Assembly: GCA_964371525.1 (NCBI GenBank)
Contig: CAYJNX010000002.1
Coordinates: 1 to 43,989, forward strand
Source: an uncultured Akkermansia sp.
Lineage (GTDB): Bacteria; Verrucomicrobiota; Verrucomicrobiia; Verrucomicrobiales; Akkermansiaceae
Length of the DNA stretch: 43,989 bases
Reading direction: 5' to 3'
Shown here: positions 1 through 9,404 of the stretch, piece after piece
Layout of the letters: each line of letters opens with the position of its first letter
How positions within the stretch are numbered: position 1 is the first letter of the stretch
The notes under the pieces: model-generated
Told to the model about the DNA's origin: nothing
What the model saw: only the letters and a program-made list of their open reading frames with translations
Database searches by the model: none
Program-made: the position numbers and the translations under genes

Positions 1-1
1 T

Positions 2-352
2 GATGAAGATGATAAAGATGAGATCTACGGATGGCTAGCATTCAGCCCAGTCTCGTGTCGTAGCGTATACTCTGGCGTTATGGAGCTTAGTATCTACGTA
101 CACCCTGATCATCAAAAGCAAGGGATAGGGCGATTTCTCCTACTGCATGCCATAGATACTGCTCCTTCTCTCGGGGTATGGACAGTTCAGTCCACTATCA
201 TCAGAGAAAACACGGGTAGCATTTCCTTACATACGCGCTGCGGGTTTAGGGCAGTCGGTTTTCGTGAGCGCATCGCAAGGGATGTCAATGGCGTGTGGCG
301 AGATACGATTATCTTTGAGAAGCGTCTTCCGAATGCGTGCGGTGATTCATAA
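2..352 (+). CDS. GNAT N-acetyltransferase, phosphinothricin/MnaT-like (5' partial)
   Basis: Frame is open from the window edge (DEDDKDEIYGWLAFSPVSCRSVYSGVMELSIYVHP). It has the acetyl-CoA motif QKQGIG, then NTGSISLH..CGF and GVWRD. Confidence 0.85.
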   Translation, partial: DEDDKDEIYGWLAFSPVSCRSVYSGVMELSIYVHPDHQKQGIGRFLLLHAIDTAPSLGVWTVQSTIIRENTGSISLHTRCGFRAVGFRERIARDVNGVWRDTIIFEKRLPNACGDS

Positions 353-453
353 ATACTCTACATGTAGCCTTGTTCGTGTATTCTTTGCTAAGTCAAGCTG
401 AAAACGAATTGTGAGCACTTCCCTCAAGATCCCCTGTATGACAAAGGTGAGGC

Positions 454-482
454 TTGTTAAGCTAACTTTCTTCAGCTAGTCT
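454..482 (+). promoter_or_regulatory. Putative sigma70 promoter TTGTTA-N17-TAGTCT
   Basis: 17-nt spacing, ending 10 nt before ATG 493; weak match to consensus. Confidence 0.4.
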
Positions 483-492
483 GAGCAGTATC

Positions 493-1089
493 ATGAAAGC
501 GTATCTCCTATCCCTCAGTTTTCCTTGTCTCTGTGGCCTATTTTTTCATAGCTCTATCGCGCTAGCCTCTTCGACAGAGACTGCCCCTGTGATTGCTGCT
601 CAAAAGCAAGAGAGCTATGAAAAAGTTCTTTTGCAGTTCTTGTCTCTATTGAAAGAATCTGACACGGAGTTTAATGTGGATGAAATCTCAGCGCACTGTG
701 CTAACTTCCAGAATAATTATGAGGAAGCGATTGTTGTATTTTCCCAGCGTATGCGTTCCGCTGCTAGGAGCAGAAGCGGCACGGAGAGTATCACTGCGAA
801 TGAATTAGCCGCTGCCTACATTCTGGGCTACAGGGATGAACTAGAATTGCTCTGGTGGAAGACAGATAATCCCGAGCTCCGTCTCCGCATCCTTATGATA
901 TTCTATGGTAGCAGAAGGGATGTCGATGTCTCTTTCTTCCCTCGCTTCGAAGATTACTGTGCGAAGTTCAACCCGCAAGAAAGCTCGGTGCGCTTCCAAG
1001 AGCTTCTCTGCATCATCAGTCATAAGGCTCAGATCGAAGAAAAGCTCCTAAAGAAGTTAAATCCTGCATCTCAAGCACCTAAGCCATAG
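493..1089 (+). CDS. Hypothetical secreted protein
   Basis: 198-aa ORF with a hydrophobic N-terminus ending ALA-S (signal-peptide-like); no family recognised. Confidence 0.7.
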   Translation: MKAYLLSLSFPCLCGLFFHSSIALASSTETAPVIAAQKQESYEKVLLQFLSLLKESDTEFNVDEISAHCANFQNNYEEAIVVFSQRMRSAARSRSGTESITANELAAAYILGYRDELELLWWKTDNPELRLRILMIFYGSRRDVDVSFFPRFEDYCAKFNPQESSVRFQELLCIISHKAQIEEKLLKKLNPASQAPKP

Positions 1090-1171
1090 GCGAAGCTCGT
1101 AGAGGGCTACGTATTTCTACAGAAGTTTCGCAGCGAGCTTTCTTTGAGAATTATCCTTGCTGCTGGATGCA

Positions 1172-1201
1172 GAAAAAAGGGGGGCTATGCCCCCCTTTCT
1201 T
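1172..1201. terminator. Bidirectional intrinsic terminator
   Basis: AAAAAAGGGGGGC-TAT-GCCCCCCTTTCT hairpin with A and T tracts, between the convergent genes 493..1089 and argH. Confidence 0.85.
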
Positions 1202-1225
1202 AATCTTGTTTTTGCTTTCCTTTGC

Positions 1226-2590
1226 TTAGTTCAATTGGCTGCGCCAGTAGGCGATGCGTTGCTGGGTGTTTGCCAATGAGGGGGAACCGGGGTTCGTGCG
1301 GAGGTCAAAGGCGCGTTGTAGGCTGAATACTTCGTGAACGTCAGCTCCGTACTGGTCGGAGATGTCCGTGTATTGCTCCAAGCTGAGCTGGTGCAAGGGG
1401 GTCTTGCTGGTGACGGCGAGCGCGACGGCTTGTCCGACGAGTTCGTGCGCGTGGCGGAAGGGTACTCCGCGGCGGACGAGGTAGTCAGCGAGGTCGGTTG
1501 CGAGGAGCAGAGGGTCGGAGACGGCTGCGGCGCAGGCATCTTCGTTCATTGTCATGGCGGCGACCATTTCTGCGTTCACGCGGAGTGCTAGTGAAATGGT
1601 TTCAAAGGAGTCAAAGAGTGGCTCTTTGTCTTCTTGGAGGTCGCGGTTATAGGTGAGGGGGAGCCCCTTCACTGCTACCATGAGGCTGACGAGGTTGCCG
1701 TAGAGGCGGCCTGACTTGCCACGGGTGATTTCGCTGACGTCGGGGTTCTTCTTCTGAGGCATGAGGCTAGAGCCTGTTGTGTGTGCGTCAGAGAGGGTGC
1801 AGAATCCGAATTCCGCGCTGCTCCAGATGACGAGGTCTTCGCTGAGTCGGGAGAGGTGCGTGCCTATGGTGGCGAGGCAGAAGAGGCATTCCATGATGTA
1901 GTCGCGGTCCGCGATGGCATCCATGGAGTTCTGCGTGACGGAGTCAAAGCCGAGTTCTTCGGCGATGGCTTGGCGGTTGAGGTTGATGGTTGAGCCAGCG
2001 ATAGCTCCTGAGCCGAGTGGTGAGACGTTCAGTCGACGACGGCAGTCTTCGAGGCGTGAGCTGTCGCGTGAGATCATTTCGACGTAGGCGAGCAGATGGT
2101 GAGCGACGGAGACGGGCTGGGCGCGCTGGAGGTGGGTGTAGCCAGGGATGAGGAGGGTGGCGTATTCCTCTGCCTTACTCAGAAGGGCGCGCTGAAGCTC
2201 CGCTAGGAGGCTGAGCGTGCTGTCGATCTGGGCGCGGCAGTAGAGGCGCGTGTCGGTGGCTACTTGGTCGTTACGAGAGCGGGCTGTGTGGAGCTTCGCA
2301 CCGGGTGCTCCGATGCGTTTCGTGAGCTCGCTCTCGATGTTCATGTGTACGTCTTCGAGTTCTATCTTCCATTCGAAATTGCCCGCTTCGATGTCTTTTT
2401 GGATATCGAGCAGTCCGCTTTCTATGGCTGAGAATTCGTCGTCTGTGAGCATGCCTGCATTCAGCTGGGCGCGCGCATGAGCGATAGAGCCTGCGATGTC
2501 GTAGGGATAGAGCTTCCAGTCGTAGGAGACGGACTCCCCGTACTGGAGCACGAGATCAGCGGTAGCTTGTGAGAATCTTCCTTTCCACAT
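1226..2590 (-). CDS. argH: Argininosuccinate lyase
   Basis: MWKGRF start (ATG at 2590, not 2659, which overlaps galE); motifs LHTARSRNDQV, PGYTHLQRAQP, TGSSLMPQKKNPD, YNRDLQEDKE. Confidence 0.97.
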   Translation of the reverse strand: MWKGRFSQATADLVLQYGESVSYDWKLYPYDIAGSIAHARAQLNAGMLTDDEFSAIESGLLDIQKDIEAGNFEWKIELEDVHMNIESELTKRIGAPGAKLHTARSRNDQVATDTRLYCRAQIDSTLSLLAELQRALLSKAEEYATLLIPGYTHLQRAQPVSVAHHLLAYVEMISRDSSRLEDCRRRLNVSPLGSGAIAGSTINLNRQAIAEELGFDSVTQNSMDAIADRDYIMECLFCLATIGTHLSRLSEDLVIWSSAEFGFCTLSDAHTTGSSLMPQKKNPDVSEITRGKSGRLYGNLVSLMVAVKGLPLTYNRDLQEDKEPLFDSFETISLALRVNAEMVAAMTMNEDACAAAVSDPLLLATDLADYLVRRGVPFRHAHELVGQAVALAVTSKTPLHQLSLEQYTDISDQYGADVHEVFSLQRAFDLRTNPGSPSLANTQQRIAYWRSQLN

Positions 2591-2619
2591 AGTGGTGATG
2601 GGGTGGGGAGGAGGGCTGA

Positions 2620-3609
2620 TTAATAGTGTCCGCCGCGTGGTCCGTTGAACCACTTCCATGCGGTTTCTACTATGTACTGTGCGTCCTGATGCTTCGGTAT
2701 CCAGCCGAGTACGTCTGCGGCCTTGCGTGCATCTGCGATGAGGCGTGCGGGGTCGCCTTCGCGGCGTGGTCCGTACGAGACAGGTGCTTTCATACCTGTG
2801 ACTTTCTCTGCGGCATCGATGATTTGCTTCACAGAGAGTCCTTTTCCTGTGCCGAGGTTGAACCAGTTTGTCTCGCCGCCTTTAAGCAGGTAATCGAGTG
2901 CGCGGAGGTGAGCGTCTGCGAGGTCATCGACGTGGATGTAGTCGCGGATGCAGGTACCATCTGGGGTGTCGTAGTCTGTGCCGAAGACGGTGATGCCGTC
3001 GCGCTCGCCCTTGATGGCCTGAAGGATGACGGGAATGAGGTGACTTTCTGGCTCGTGGTCTTCGCCGATAGCTCCGTCTTCAGAAGAACCAGAGGCGTTG
3101 AAGTAGCGCAGAAAGACGCTCTTGAGTCCGTAGGCATGGTCGCAGTCCTTCAGGACTTTTTCCAGCATGTGCTTGGAGCTGCCGTAGGGATTGATAGGGT
3201 CTTGCTTCTCGGTTTCAGGGATGGGAACTTGTGTGGGGACACCGTAGGTGGCGCAGGTGGAGGAGAAGACAAACTTCTTCGTGCCTGCGAGTATCATGGC
3301 GCGGATGAGGGTGAGGGGCTTTGCGATGTTGTTCTCGTAGTACTTAAGAGGCTCTGTGACGGATTCTCCGACTTGGATGTAGGCGGCGAAGTGTACGACG
3401 GCATCGAATTTTCCGTTCATGAGGAGGGGATAGACGACGGTTGGGTCGCCGAGGTCGCCCTTCACGAGGGTGACTTCCTTGTCGACGATGGCGGCGCGGT
3501 GTCCGAATTCCATGTTGTCGAGGACGGTGACTTCAGCTCCTTGCTTGATGAGCTGACGGACTGTGTGTGAGCCGATGTAGCCGGCTCCGCCAGTGACGAG
3601 TACTTTCAT
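2620..3609 (-). CDS. galE: UDP-glucose 4-epimerase
   Basis: GGAGYIGSH NAD motif, HFAAYIQVGES, YGSSK (YxxxK), LRYFNASG, DGTCIRDYIHV. Confidence 0.96.
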   Translation of the reverse strand: MKVLVTGGAGYIGSHTVRQLIKQGAEVTVLDNMEFGHRAAIVDKEVTLVKGDLGDPTVVYPLLMNGKFDAVVHFAAYIQVGESVTEPLKYYENNIAKPLTLIRAMILAGTKKFVFSSTCATYGVPTQVPIPETEKQDPINPYGSSKHMLEKVLKDCDHAYGLKSVFLRYFNASGSSEDGAIGEDHEPESHLIPVILQAIKGERDGITVFGTDYDTPDGTCIRDYIHVDDLADAHLRALDYLLKGGETNWFNLGTGKGLSVKQIIDAAEKVTGMKAPVSYGPRREGDPARLIADARKAADVLGWIPKHQDAQYIVETAWKWFNGPRGGHY

Positions 3610-3649
3610 ATTTGTTATAAGTTAAAATGTTTGAAGAAAGAGGAAAAAA

Positions 3650-4606
3650 TTAGATGAGGCTTTCGATGAGGGCTTCTAGCTTGCGAATGTCAGCGGAGAA
3701 TCGGCGTATGCCGTCAGCGGTCTTTTCGGTGGCCATGGCGTCTTCGTTGAAAAGGAAGCGGAAGTTTTTCTCGTCGGCAGGGATGCGCTCGATGTCACTT
3801 GCTAGGGCAGCTTCGGGGCTGAGCTGGGCGGTGATGGCTTCATCACTAGTCGCGAGTTCAGCGAGGAGCTGTGGCGAGATGGTGAGGAGGTCACAGCCTG
3901 CGAGAGCTAGGACTTCTCCCTTGTTACGGAAGGAGGCACCCATGACTTGAACGTCGTAACCGAACTTCTTGTAGTAGTTATAAATGCTGCGTACGGAGAG
4001 AACCCCTGGGTCTGTCTCTGCGCAGTACTGCTGACCTGTGCTGGCGACGTACCAGTCGAGGATGCGTCCGACAAAGGGGGATATGAGGCGTACGCCAGCT
4101 TCTGCGCAGGCGACGGCCTGTACGAGGCTGAAGAGGAGGGTGAGATTGCAATGTATACCCTGCTTCTCCAGTTCGCGGGCGGCTTGGATGCCTTCCCATG
4201 TGGCTGCTATCTTAATAAGGATGCGGTCGCGGGCGATGCCTGCTTTTTCGTAAAGTGCGATGATCTCTAGTGCTTTGCTGACGGTGGCTTCTGTGTCAAA
4301 GGAGAGGCGTGCATCGACTTCACTGGAAACACGACCAGGTACGCGCTTGAGAATTTCTAAGCCAAAGGCGACGATGAGCTCGTCCATGATGGCTTCCGTG
4401 AGTGCCTTCCCCGTGAGTGCGCTGTCCTTGTAGGAGGCGATGACGGAGTCGATGATGGGACGGTATTCTGCCTTTTCAGCGGCGGCGAGGATGAGGGAGG
4501 GGTTCGTTGTCGCTTCTTCAGGGGAGAATTCTTCCATTTGACGGAAATCGCCTGTGTCGGCTACTACGGTGGTATACTGCTTGAGTTGTTCGAGTTGGGA
4601 AGACAT
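3650..4606 (-). CDS. tal: Transaldolase
   Basis: [28 protein letters not shown] (Schiff-base Lys), [18 protein letters not shown]. Confidence 0.97.
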   Translation of the reverse strand: MSSQLEQLKQYTTVVADTGDFRQMEEFSPEEATTNPSLILAAAEKAEYRPIIDSVIASYKDSALTGKALTEAIMDELIVAFGLEILKRVPGRVSSEVDARLSFDTEATVSKALEIIALYEKAGIARDRILIKIAATWEGIQAARELEKQGIHCNLTLLFSLVQAVACAEAGVRLISPFVGRILDWYVASTGQQYCAETDPGVLSVRSIYNYYKKFGYDVQVMGASFRNKGEVLALAGCDLLTISPQLLAELATSDEAITAQLSPEAALASDIERIPADEKNFRFLFNEDAMATEKTADGIRRFSADIRKLEALIESLI

Positions 4607-4641
4607 GTGGATGGGGGATATTGAGGTTATTGTGATGCATT

Positions 4642-4670
4642 TTTATAGCATATTTTTTCGATATTAGCAA
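4642..4670 (-). promoter_or_regulatory. Promoter of the tal-galE-argH unit: TTGCTA-N17-TATAAA with extended -10 TG
   Basis: Read on the reverse strand; 17-nt spacer; TGc precedes the -10. Confidence 0.6.
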
Positions 4671-4896
4671 GATAAACATGGTTAGTTACTGATACTGAAT
4701 TTATCCGTTCGAGATGTTTGACTCGCAGTTGGCTTCTCTCTTCGAATGAACCTCTTTGTGAAAATTAATAACTAGACGTGCCTGTGAATACTAAAATTCA
4801 TTATGAAGGAGGTTTCGAACATAAGTGCCCTAAGTGAACACCTGTACCCAATATTGTGCAAGACACTCTCTGAACTCGCGGGGATGAACTTTTAAC

Positions 4897-4925
4897 TTGA
4901 TTTTGAGAGAAGGGTGAAATAGTAT
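4897..4925 (+). promoter_or_regulatory. Promoter TTGATT-N17-TAGTAT, predicted leaderless
   Basis: -10 ends 6 nt before ATG 4932. Confidence 0.6.
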
Positions 4926-4931
4926 CTCCTA

Positions 4932-6431
4932 ATGCGATTTAACTCACTCTTCTCTTTTTTGTCGATTCCGCTGTGCACCTCGTCACTTCTCGCCTATGAT
5001 ATCATCCCTGCTCCTGTCTCGGTAGAGAAGGGCGATCAAGTGACAAAAAAGCTCAATATCCTTTCGAGCCAGATGAAAGTAAACTCGGATAAGTCACATG
5101 AAGATACTTATCGCATAGATATCACTCCCGAGGGGGTACATCTGACTTGGGATAATGAGCAGGCTCGCCATTATGCGATGGCCAGTCTCGCACAGCTTGA
5201 AGATGAGCTCCGAGCTCATCCTGAGGGTATCCCCACTGGGGTGATCATCGACTACCCGCAGTTCGCGTGGCGCGGTTATATGATAGATGTGGCTCGTCAT
5301 TACATGCCTGTCGAGGAGATGAAAGAGCTTATTAAAGAGCTCGCGCGCTATAAGTTTAATAAGTTTCATATCCATCTCACCGATGATAATGGCTGGCGCT
5401 TCGCTGTGCCAGGTTATCCGAAGATGACGAGTGTCGCGAGCAAGCGTCGTGAGAGCTTCGGGAATGGTATTCCAGAAGGTGGCTACTACACTCGCGAAGA
5501 CCTTAAGGAGATCATCGACTTCTGCGCGCAGCATGGCATGGAGGTCATCCCCGAGATGGATGCACCAGGTCATAGCCAAGCCCTCGCTGCCGCGTATCCA
5601 GAGTTCTTCTGCGACGTAGAGGAAGCCGAGGTGAGGACAGGGGAGACAGGACCGAATGGTCGTATCTATCTCACATGCCCTACGCGAGAAGATCTCTGGG
5701 TGTTCTACGATGCGGCGATTAAGGAACTCGCCAGTATCTTCCCCAGTTCCTACATCCATGTAGGTGGTGATGAAGCTCCGACGAAGAGTTGGGACAGCTG
5801 CCCAGACTGCGCGAAGCAGCGTGAAGAAATGGGGCAGAAGGATGGCTCAGACCAGATGCGTGACTTCCTCGCCAGACTCGCAGGAGTCGTCGCGAAGCAT
5901 GGTAAGAAGCCTATGTACTGGTATGAGCTCGATGATAAACTCTACCGCGAAGGCGAGGTGGTACACACATGGTACGCGAATAAAACGGAAGAAGCCGCTA
6001 AGGCAGCGAAGACGAAGAATCTGAAGCTGATCATCAGCCCATCCACTTACTTCTACCTCGATTTCCCTCAGATAGCAGGTCAGCGTAACTACAACTGGAT
6101 GCCTGACATGACGCTGGAAACCGCTTATAGTTTTACCCCCGAGAAGTATAGGGGGTACTCAGAGGTGCTGGGCATGCAGTGCAATCTCTGGACGGAGCGC
6201 GTGCCTAATCAGGAGCATGTCTTCTATCAGACCTTCCCACGTGCCATGGCTACGGCAGAAATCAGCTGGTCTCCTGCCTCTCGTCGTGACTGGAAGAGCT
6301 TCCAGTCGCGCGTGAATGCTCAGAAGAAACCCTACGAAGCTCGCACGGGCTTCACCCTAGAGCGTACGAAGGAGAATCAGCCTGTTCTCAATCAGGTCTA
6401 TCCTGCAAATATGCCTCAACCCCAAGAATAA
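4932..6431 (+). CDS. Beta-N-acetylhexosaminidase (GH20), secreted
   Basis: Signal peptide; WRGYMIDVARH, HIHLTDDNGWR, PEMDAPGH, catalytic HVGGDE, LWTE, FPRAMA. Confidence 0.93.
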   Translation: MRFNSLFSFLSIPLCTSSLLAYDIIPAPVSVEKGDQVTKKLNILSSQMKVNSDKSHEDTYRIDITPEGVHLTWDNEQARHYAMASLAQLEDELRAHPEGIPTGVIIDYPQFAWRGYMIDVARHYMPVEEMKELIKELARYKFNKFHIHLTDDNGWRFAVPGYPKMTSVASKRRESFGNGIPEGGYYTREDLKEIIDFCAQHGMEVIPEMDAPGHSQALAAAYPEFFCDVEEAEVRTGETGPNGRIYLTCPTREDLWVFYDAAIKELASIFPSSYIHVGGDEAPTKSWDSCPDCAKQREEMGQKDGSDQMRDFLARLAGVVAKHGKKPMYWYELDDKLYREGEVVHTWYANKTEEAAKAAKTKNLKLIISPSTYFYLDFPQIAGQRNYNWMPDMTLETAYSFTPEKYRGYSEVLGMQCNLWTERVPNQEHVFYQTFPRAMATAEISWSPASRRDWKSFQSRVNAQKKPYEARTGFTLERTKENQPVLNQVYPANMPQPQE

Positions 6432-6474
6432 ACAGGGTAGATAGCTTTAAAATAAGGAGATTAGCCGATGTCGC

Positions 6475-6744
6475 CTAATCTCCTAAAATTTGACTTGATG
6501 CTGAGAAGTGCAGTTCCTTTCCTTCTCGGATGAGGACGGGCTCATTCGTCAGGGGGTGATGTCCCATCCTCGCCTGACGCGTCTTCTGAGAGAACCGCCC
6601 GAATCGCTGTATCTGCACTGTGTCCTCATGGCTCAAGCGCACGATGCTTTCCAGCACTGCTTCAAGAGCCGCTGTAGCTGTCTCGCGTGTACAGCCTACG
6701 CCCATGTGTGCTTGGATGCGTGTGATGAGCTGTTTCTTATTCAT
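6475..6744 (-). CDS. HU/IHF-family DNA-binding protein
   Basis: MNKKQLI start, VQIQRFGRF, RQARMGHHPLTNE arm, FSAS. Confidence 0.9.
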   Translation of the reverse strand: MNKKQLITRIQAHMGVGCTRETATAALEAVLESIVRLSHEDTVQIQRFGRFSQKTRQARMGHHPLTNEPVLIREGKELHFSASSQILGD

Positions 6745-6746
6745 GC

Positions 6747-7445
6747 TTAATCAGCAGGATAGAGCTTGTGCGCCTTCACGCCCCATTCTTGACACTGCCA
6801 GCTCAGACCTCCGTCTTCACTGGTGAAGATGGAGACAGCACCAGTCGCGACCTTCAGGTCATGCTGGGCGCAGAAGGAATCATAGTCCCCCGTGATGTGG
6901 GGGGCGAAGCGTATGGTGCCATTGGAAGAGACGCAGAGGAGGGTTTCTTCTTCCCTGATGCTCTCGCAGAGCTCCTGCCAGTTCTTGCGGATGAGTTCGA
7001 CATCCACTTCCCAGCCCGGTGGGGTGATGGCGTGGCTGTTCCAGCGGTCGATGATGGCTTTCCCACGTGCTCGGAGTTCTTCGGCGCTCATGCTCGTCGT
7101 ATCGAGCCCTGCGCTTGTCGCGCAGTGGATGCCGAGGCGTTCTTCCACGACATCTTCCGTCTTGTTCTCGTCTGGACCATAGTAGACTTCGATAAATCGC
7201 TCGTCTGGCATCACCGCACAGAGTGAGCCTAGTTCTTCTGAGGCGAGAGCGGCGGTCGAGAGCGTGCGGAGTAGGGGGGCAGCATGGATGCGAGTAGGGT
7301 TGATGCCCTTGTCCTTGAGATACTTACCTATGGCACGACCACGCTGTTCTTCCACGAGCGGGAGATCGGTGTGTGAGCCGACGCGCGTGGGTGTTTCACC
7401 AGGGCGGAATGTGTTTCCATGACGAGCGATGACGAGTGTTTTCAT
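6747..7445 (-). CDS. Histidine phosphatase superfamily protein
   Basis: LVIARHG motif, DLPL, APLLRT, FIEVYYG; the second-His position reads VSSNG. Confidence 0.85.
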   Translation of the reverse strand: MKTLVIARHGNTFRPGETPTRVGSHTDLPLVEEQRGRAIGKYLKDKGINPTRIHAAPLLRTLSTAALASEELGSLCAVMPDERFIEVYYGPDENKTEDVVEERLGIHCATSAGLDTTSMSAEELRARGKAIIDRWNSHAITPPGWEVDVELIRKNWQELCESIREEETLLCVSSNGTIRFAPHITGDYDSFCAQHDLKVATGAVSIFTSEDGGLSWQCQEWGVKAHKLYPAD

Positions 7446-7469
7446 ATGTGATGGTGTATGTAGTTAAAA

Positions 7470-9326
7470 TTAAGCTGGGTCTTCTTCGACACGGAGGTGG
7501 TCGATGATGTATTGGCGACGTTCATCGGTGTTGTCCCCCATGTAGAAATTAAGCAATTCCTTGATATTATGTGCATGGTCTAGGCTGACCTGCTCAAGGC
7601 GTATGTCTTCCTCACTGATGAAGCCCTTGAACTCGTTTGGCGAGATTTCACCGAGTCCCTTGAATCGTGTGATCTCCGCCTGCTTGCCGAGCTTTGCTAG
7701 TGCCTTCACGCGCTCCTGCTCGCAGTAGCAGTAGATGGTGGTCTTCTTATTGCGCACGCGGAATAGGGGAGTCTGTAGGATGTAGAGATGCTCTTCTTGG
7801 ATGAGCTCCTTAAAGTACTGGATGAAGAAGGTGAGCAGTAGGAGGCGTATGTGCATGCCGTCGACGTCAGCATCCGTTGCGATGATGATCTTATTATAAC
7901 GCAGATCCGCGATGCTCTTGTCTATATTCAGGGCGAGGTGCAGGAGGTCTAGCTCCTCGTTCACGCTCTTCTCGAAGAGAGCCGCACGGCTCATACCAAA
8001 GCAGTTCACAGGCTTACCGCGCAGGGAGAATACCGCCTGCGTCTCAGCATTACGGGCGGTGGTGATAGAGCCCGATGCTGAGTCACCCTCTGTGATGAAG
8101 AGCATGGTTTCCGCCGCTTGCTTATGCTTCGTGTTGTAGTGTACTCGGCAGTCGCGTAGCTTCTTATTATGCACGCGTGCCTTCTTCGCGCGCTCCTTGG
8201 ATACTTTCCCCGTGACACCGGCTATTTCCTTGCGTGCGCGCTCATTTTCCTTGATCTTATCCTCGATGATCTGAGCGACTTCTGGATTGCGATGCAGGTA
8301 GTTATCCAGTTCGCGGCTTAGGAAGTTGCCGACGAAGGTACGGATGGTTTCCTTACCCGGTCCCATGGTCGAGCTGCCGAGGCGTGTCTTCGTCTGTGAC
8401 TCAAAACTAGGATCAATGATCTTAATACTGATGGCTGCTTCTATGCTACCGCGAATATCCGAAGCTTCGTAATTTTTCTTGAAAAAGCTCTGAAGGCTCT
8501 TCACGACGCCCTCGCGGAAGGCATTCTGGTGAGGTCCTCCGAGTATGGTGTGCTGGCCATTCGCAAAGGAATAGTACTCTTCGCCGAATTCATTCCCATG
8601 CGTGATGGCGACTTCGATGTCATCGCCTGTGAGGTGAATGGGCGAGTAGAGTGGCTCGGAGCTGATCTGCTCATTGAGAAGATCGAGAAGACCATGCTGT
8701 GAGACGAATCGCTTTTTGTTGTAGCGTATGGTGAGACCTCGATTTAAATAGCTGTAGTAGCGGCACTTTCGCTCGATGATTTCGTCACGGAAGGCTACAT
8801 CGGGAAGGAAAAGACTGCGGTCGATGAGGAAAGAGATGCGAGTGCCGTTCGCTTCTTCTGTGTCGAATGTCTCATCGCTTCCTTCGAGGAGCTCTCCCTT
8901 GGAAAAGCGCAGACGGCGCGTCTTGCCGTTTCGATAGGCTTGCGCTTCAAACTCGATGGATAGGGCGTTCACTGCTTTGATACCCACACCATTAAGCCCT
9001 ACGGATTTCTTGAATGCCTCGCTGTCGTACTTCCCCCCTGTGTTAATCTTCGCCACGCAGTCGAAGAGTTTCCCTAAGGGGATGCCTCGTCCGAAGTCGC
9101 GCACTTCGCAGCGACCTTCCTTATCAATGGTGATGTGTATGCGATTTCCCGCGCCCATGACGAACTCGTCGATGGCGTTATCTATGACTTCTTTAAAGAG
9201 AATGTACAGTGCCTCATCTTCCGTCGATCCATCGCCTAGCTTTCCCACATACATGCCTGCGCGGAGGCGGATGTGTTGTTTCCAGTCAAGTGTTTGGATA
9301 GATTCTTCGGTGTATTCAGCGGGCAT
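7470..9326 (-). CDS. parE: Type IIA topoisomerase subunit B (topoisomerase IV ParE-like)
   Basis: EVIDNAIDE, DFGRGIP, GLNGVG GHKL motifs; TOPRIM EGDSA, SLRGK, TDADVDGMHI; RFKGLGE. ParE rather than GyrB is inferred from length and divergence. Confidence 0.85.
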   Translation of the reverse strand: MPAEYTEESIQTLDWKQHIRLRAGMYVGKLGDGSTEDEALYILFKEVIDNAIDEFVMGAGNRIHITIDKEGRCEVRDFGRGIPLGKLFDCVAKINTGGKYDSEAFKKSVGLNGVGIKAVNALSIEFEAQAYRNGKTRRLRFSKGELLEGSDETFDTEEANGTRISFLIDRSLFLPDVAFRDEIIERKCRYYSYLNRGLTIRYNKKRFVSQHGLLDLLNEQISSEPLYSPIHLTGDDIEVAITHGNEFGEEYYSFANGQHTILGGPHQNAFREGVVKSLQSFFKKNYEASDIRGSIEAAISIKIIDPSFESQTKTRLGSSTMGPGKETIRTFVGNFLSRELDNYLHRNPEVAQIIEDKIKENERARKEIAGVTGKVSKERAKKARVHNKKLRDCRVHYNTKHKQAAETMLFITEGDSASGSITTARNAETQAVFSLRGKPVNCFGMSRAALFEKSVNEELDLLHLALNIDKSIADLRYNKIIIATDADVDGMHIRLLLLTFFIQYFKELIQEEHLYILQTPLFRVRNKKTTIYCYCEQERVKALAKLGKQAEITRFKGLGEISPNEFKGFISEEDIRLEQVSLDHAHNIKELLNFYMGDNTDERRQYIIDHLRVEEDPA

Positions 9327-9336
9327 GGTAGGGCGT

Positions 9337-9365
9337 ATTATAATGACTCTTTAAGCCTTTGACAA
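9337..9365 (-). promoter_or_regulatory. Promoter TTGTCA-N17-TATAAT for parE
   Basis: Near-consensus match; -10 ends 10 nt before ATG 9326. Confidence 0.75.
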
Positions 9366-9404
9366 GGGGGAATATAGGGATAAAAGTATTTAGATAAAGA
9401 TTTC

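Noticed and set aside
429..438. ATCCCCTGTA also found in the btuB terminator loop (33970-33979)
   Set aside because: Only a 10-nt match with divergent flanks; expected by chance in 44 kb.
2591..2659. Extended argH N-terminus in the ORF track
   Set aside because: It overlaps galE; the family-typical MWKGRF start is at 2590.
2626..3570. 314-aa ORF antisense to galE
   Set aside because: It mirrors galE in register and has no motifs; it is an expected shadow ORF of a codon-biased gene. The same applies to the antisense ORFs over argH, tal, GH20, mutL and btuB.
4741..4819. Partial inverted repeat and an AAGGAGG in the tal/GH20 intergenic region
   Set aside because: The stem is gapped and weak, and no start codon lies at a suitable distance from the SD-like sequence.
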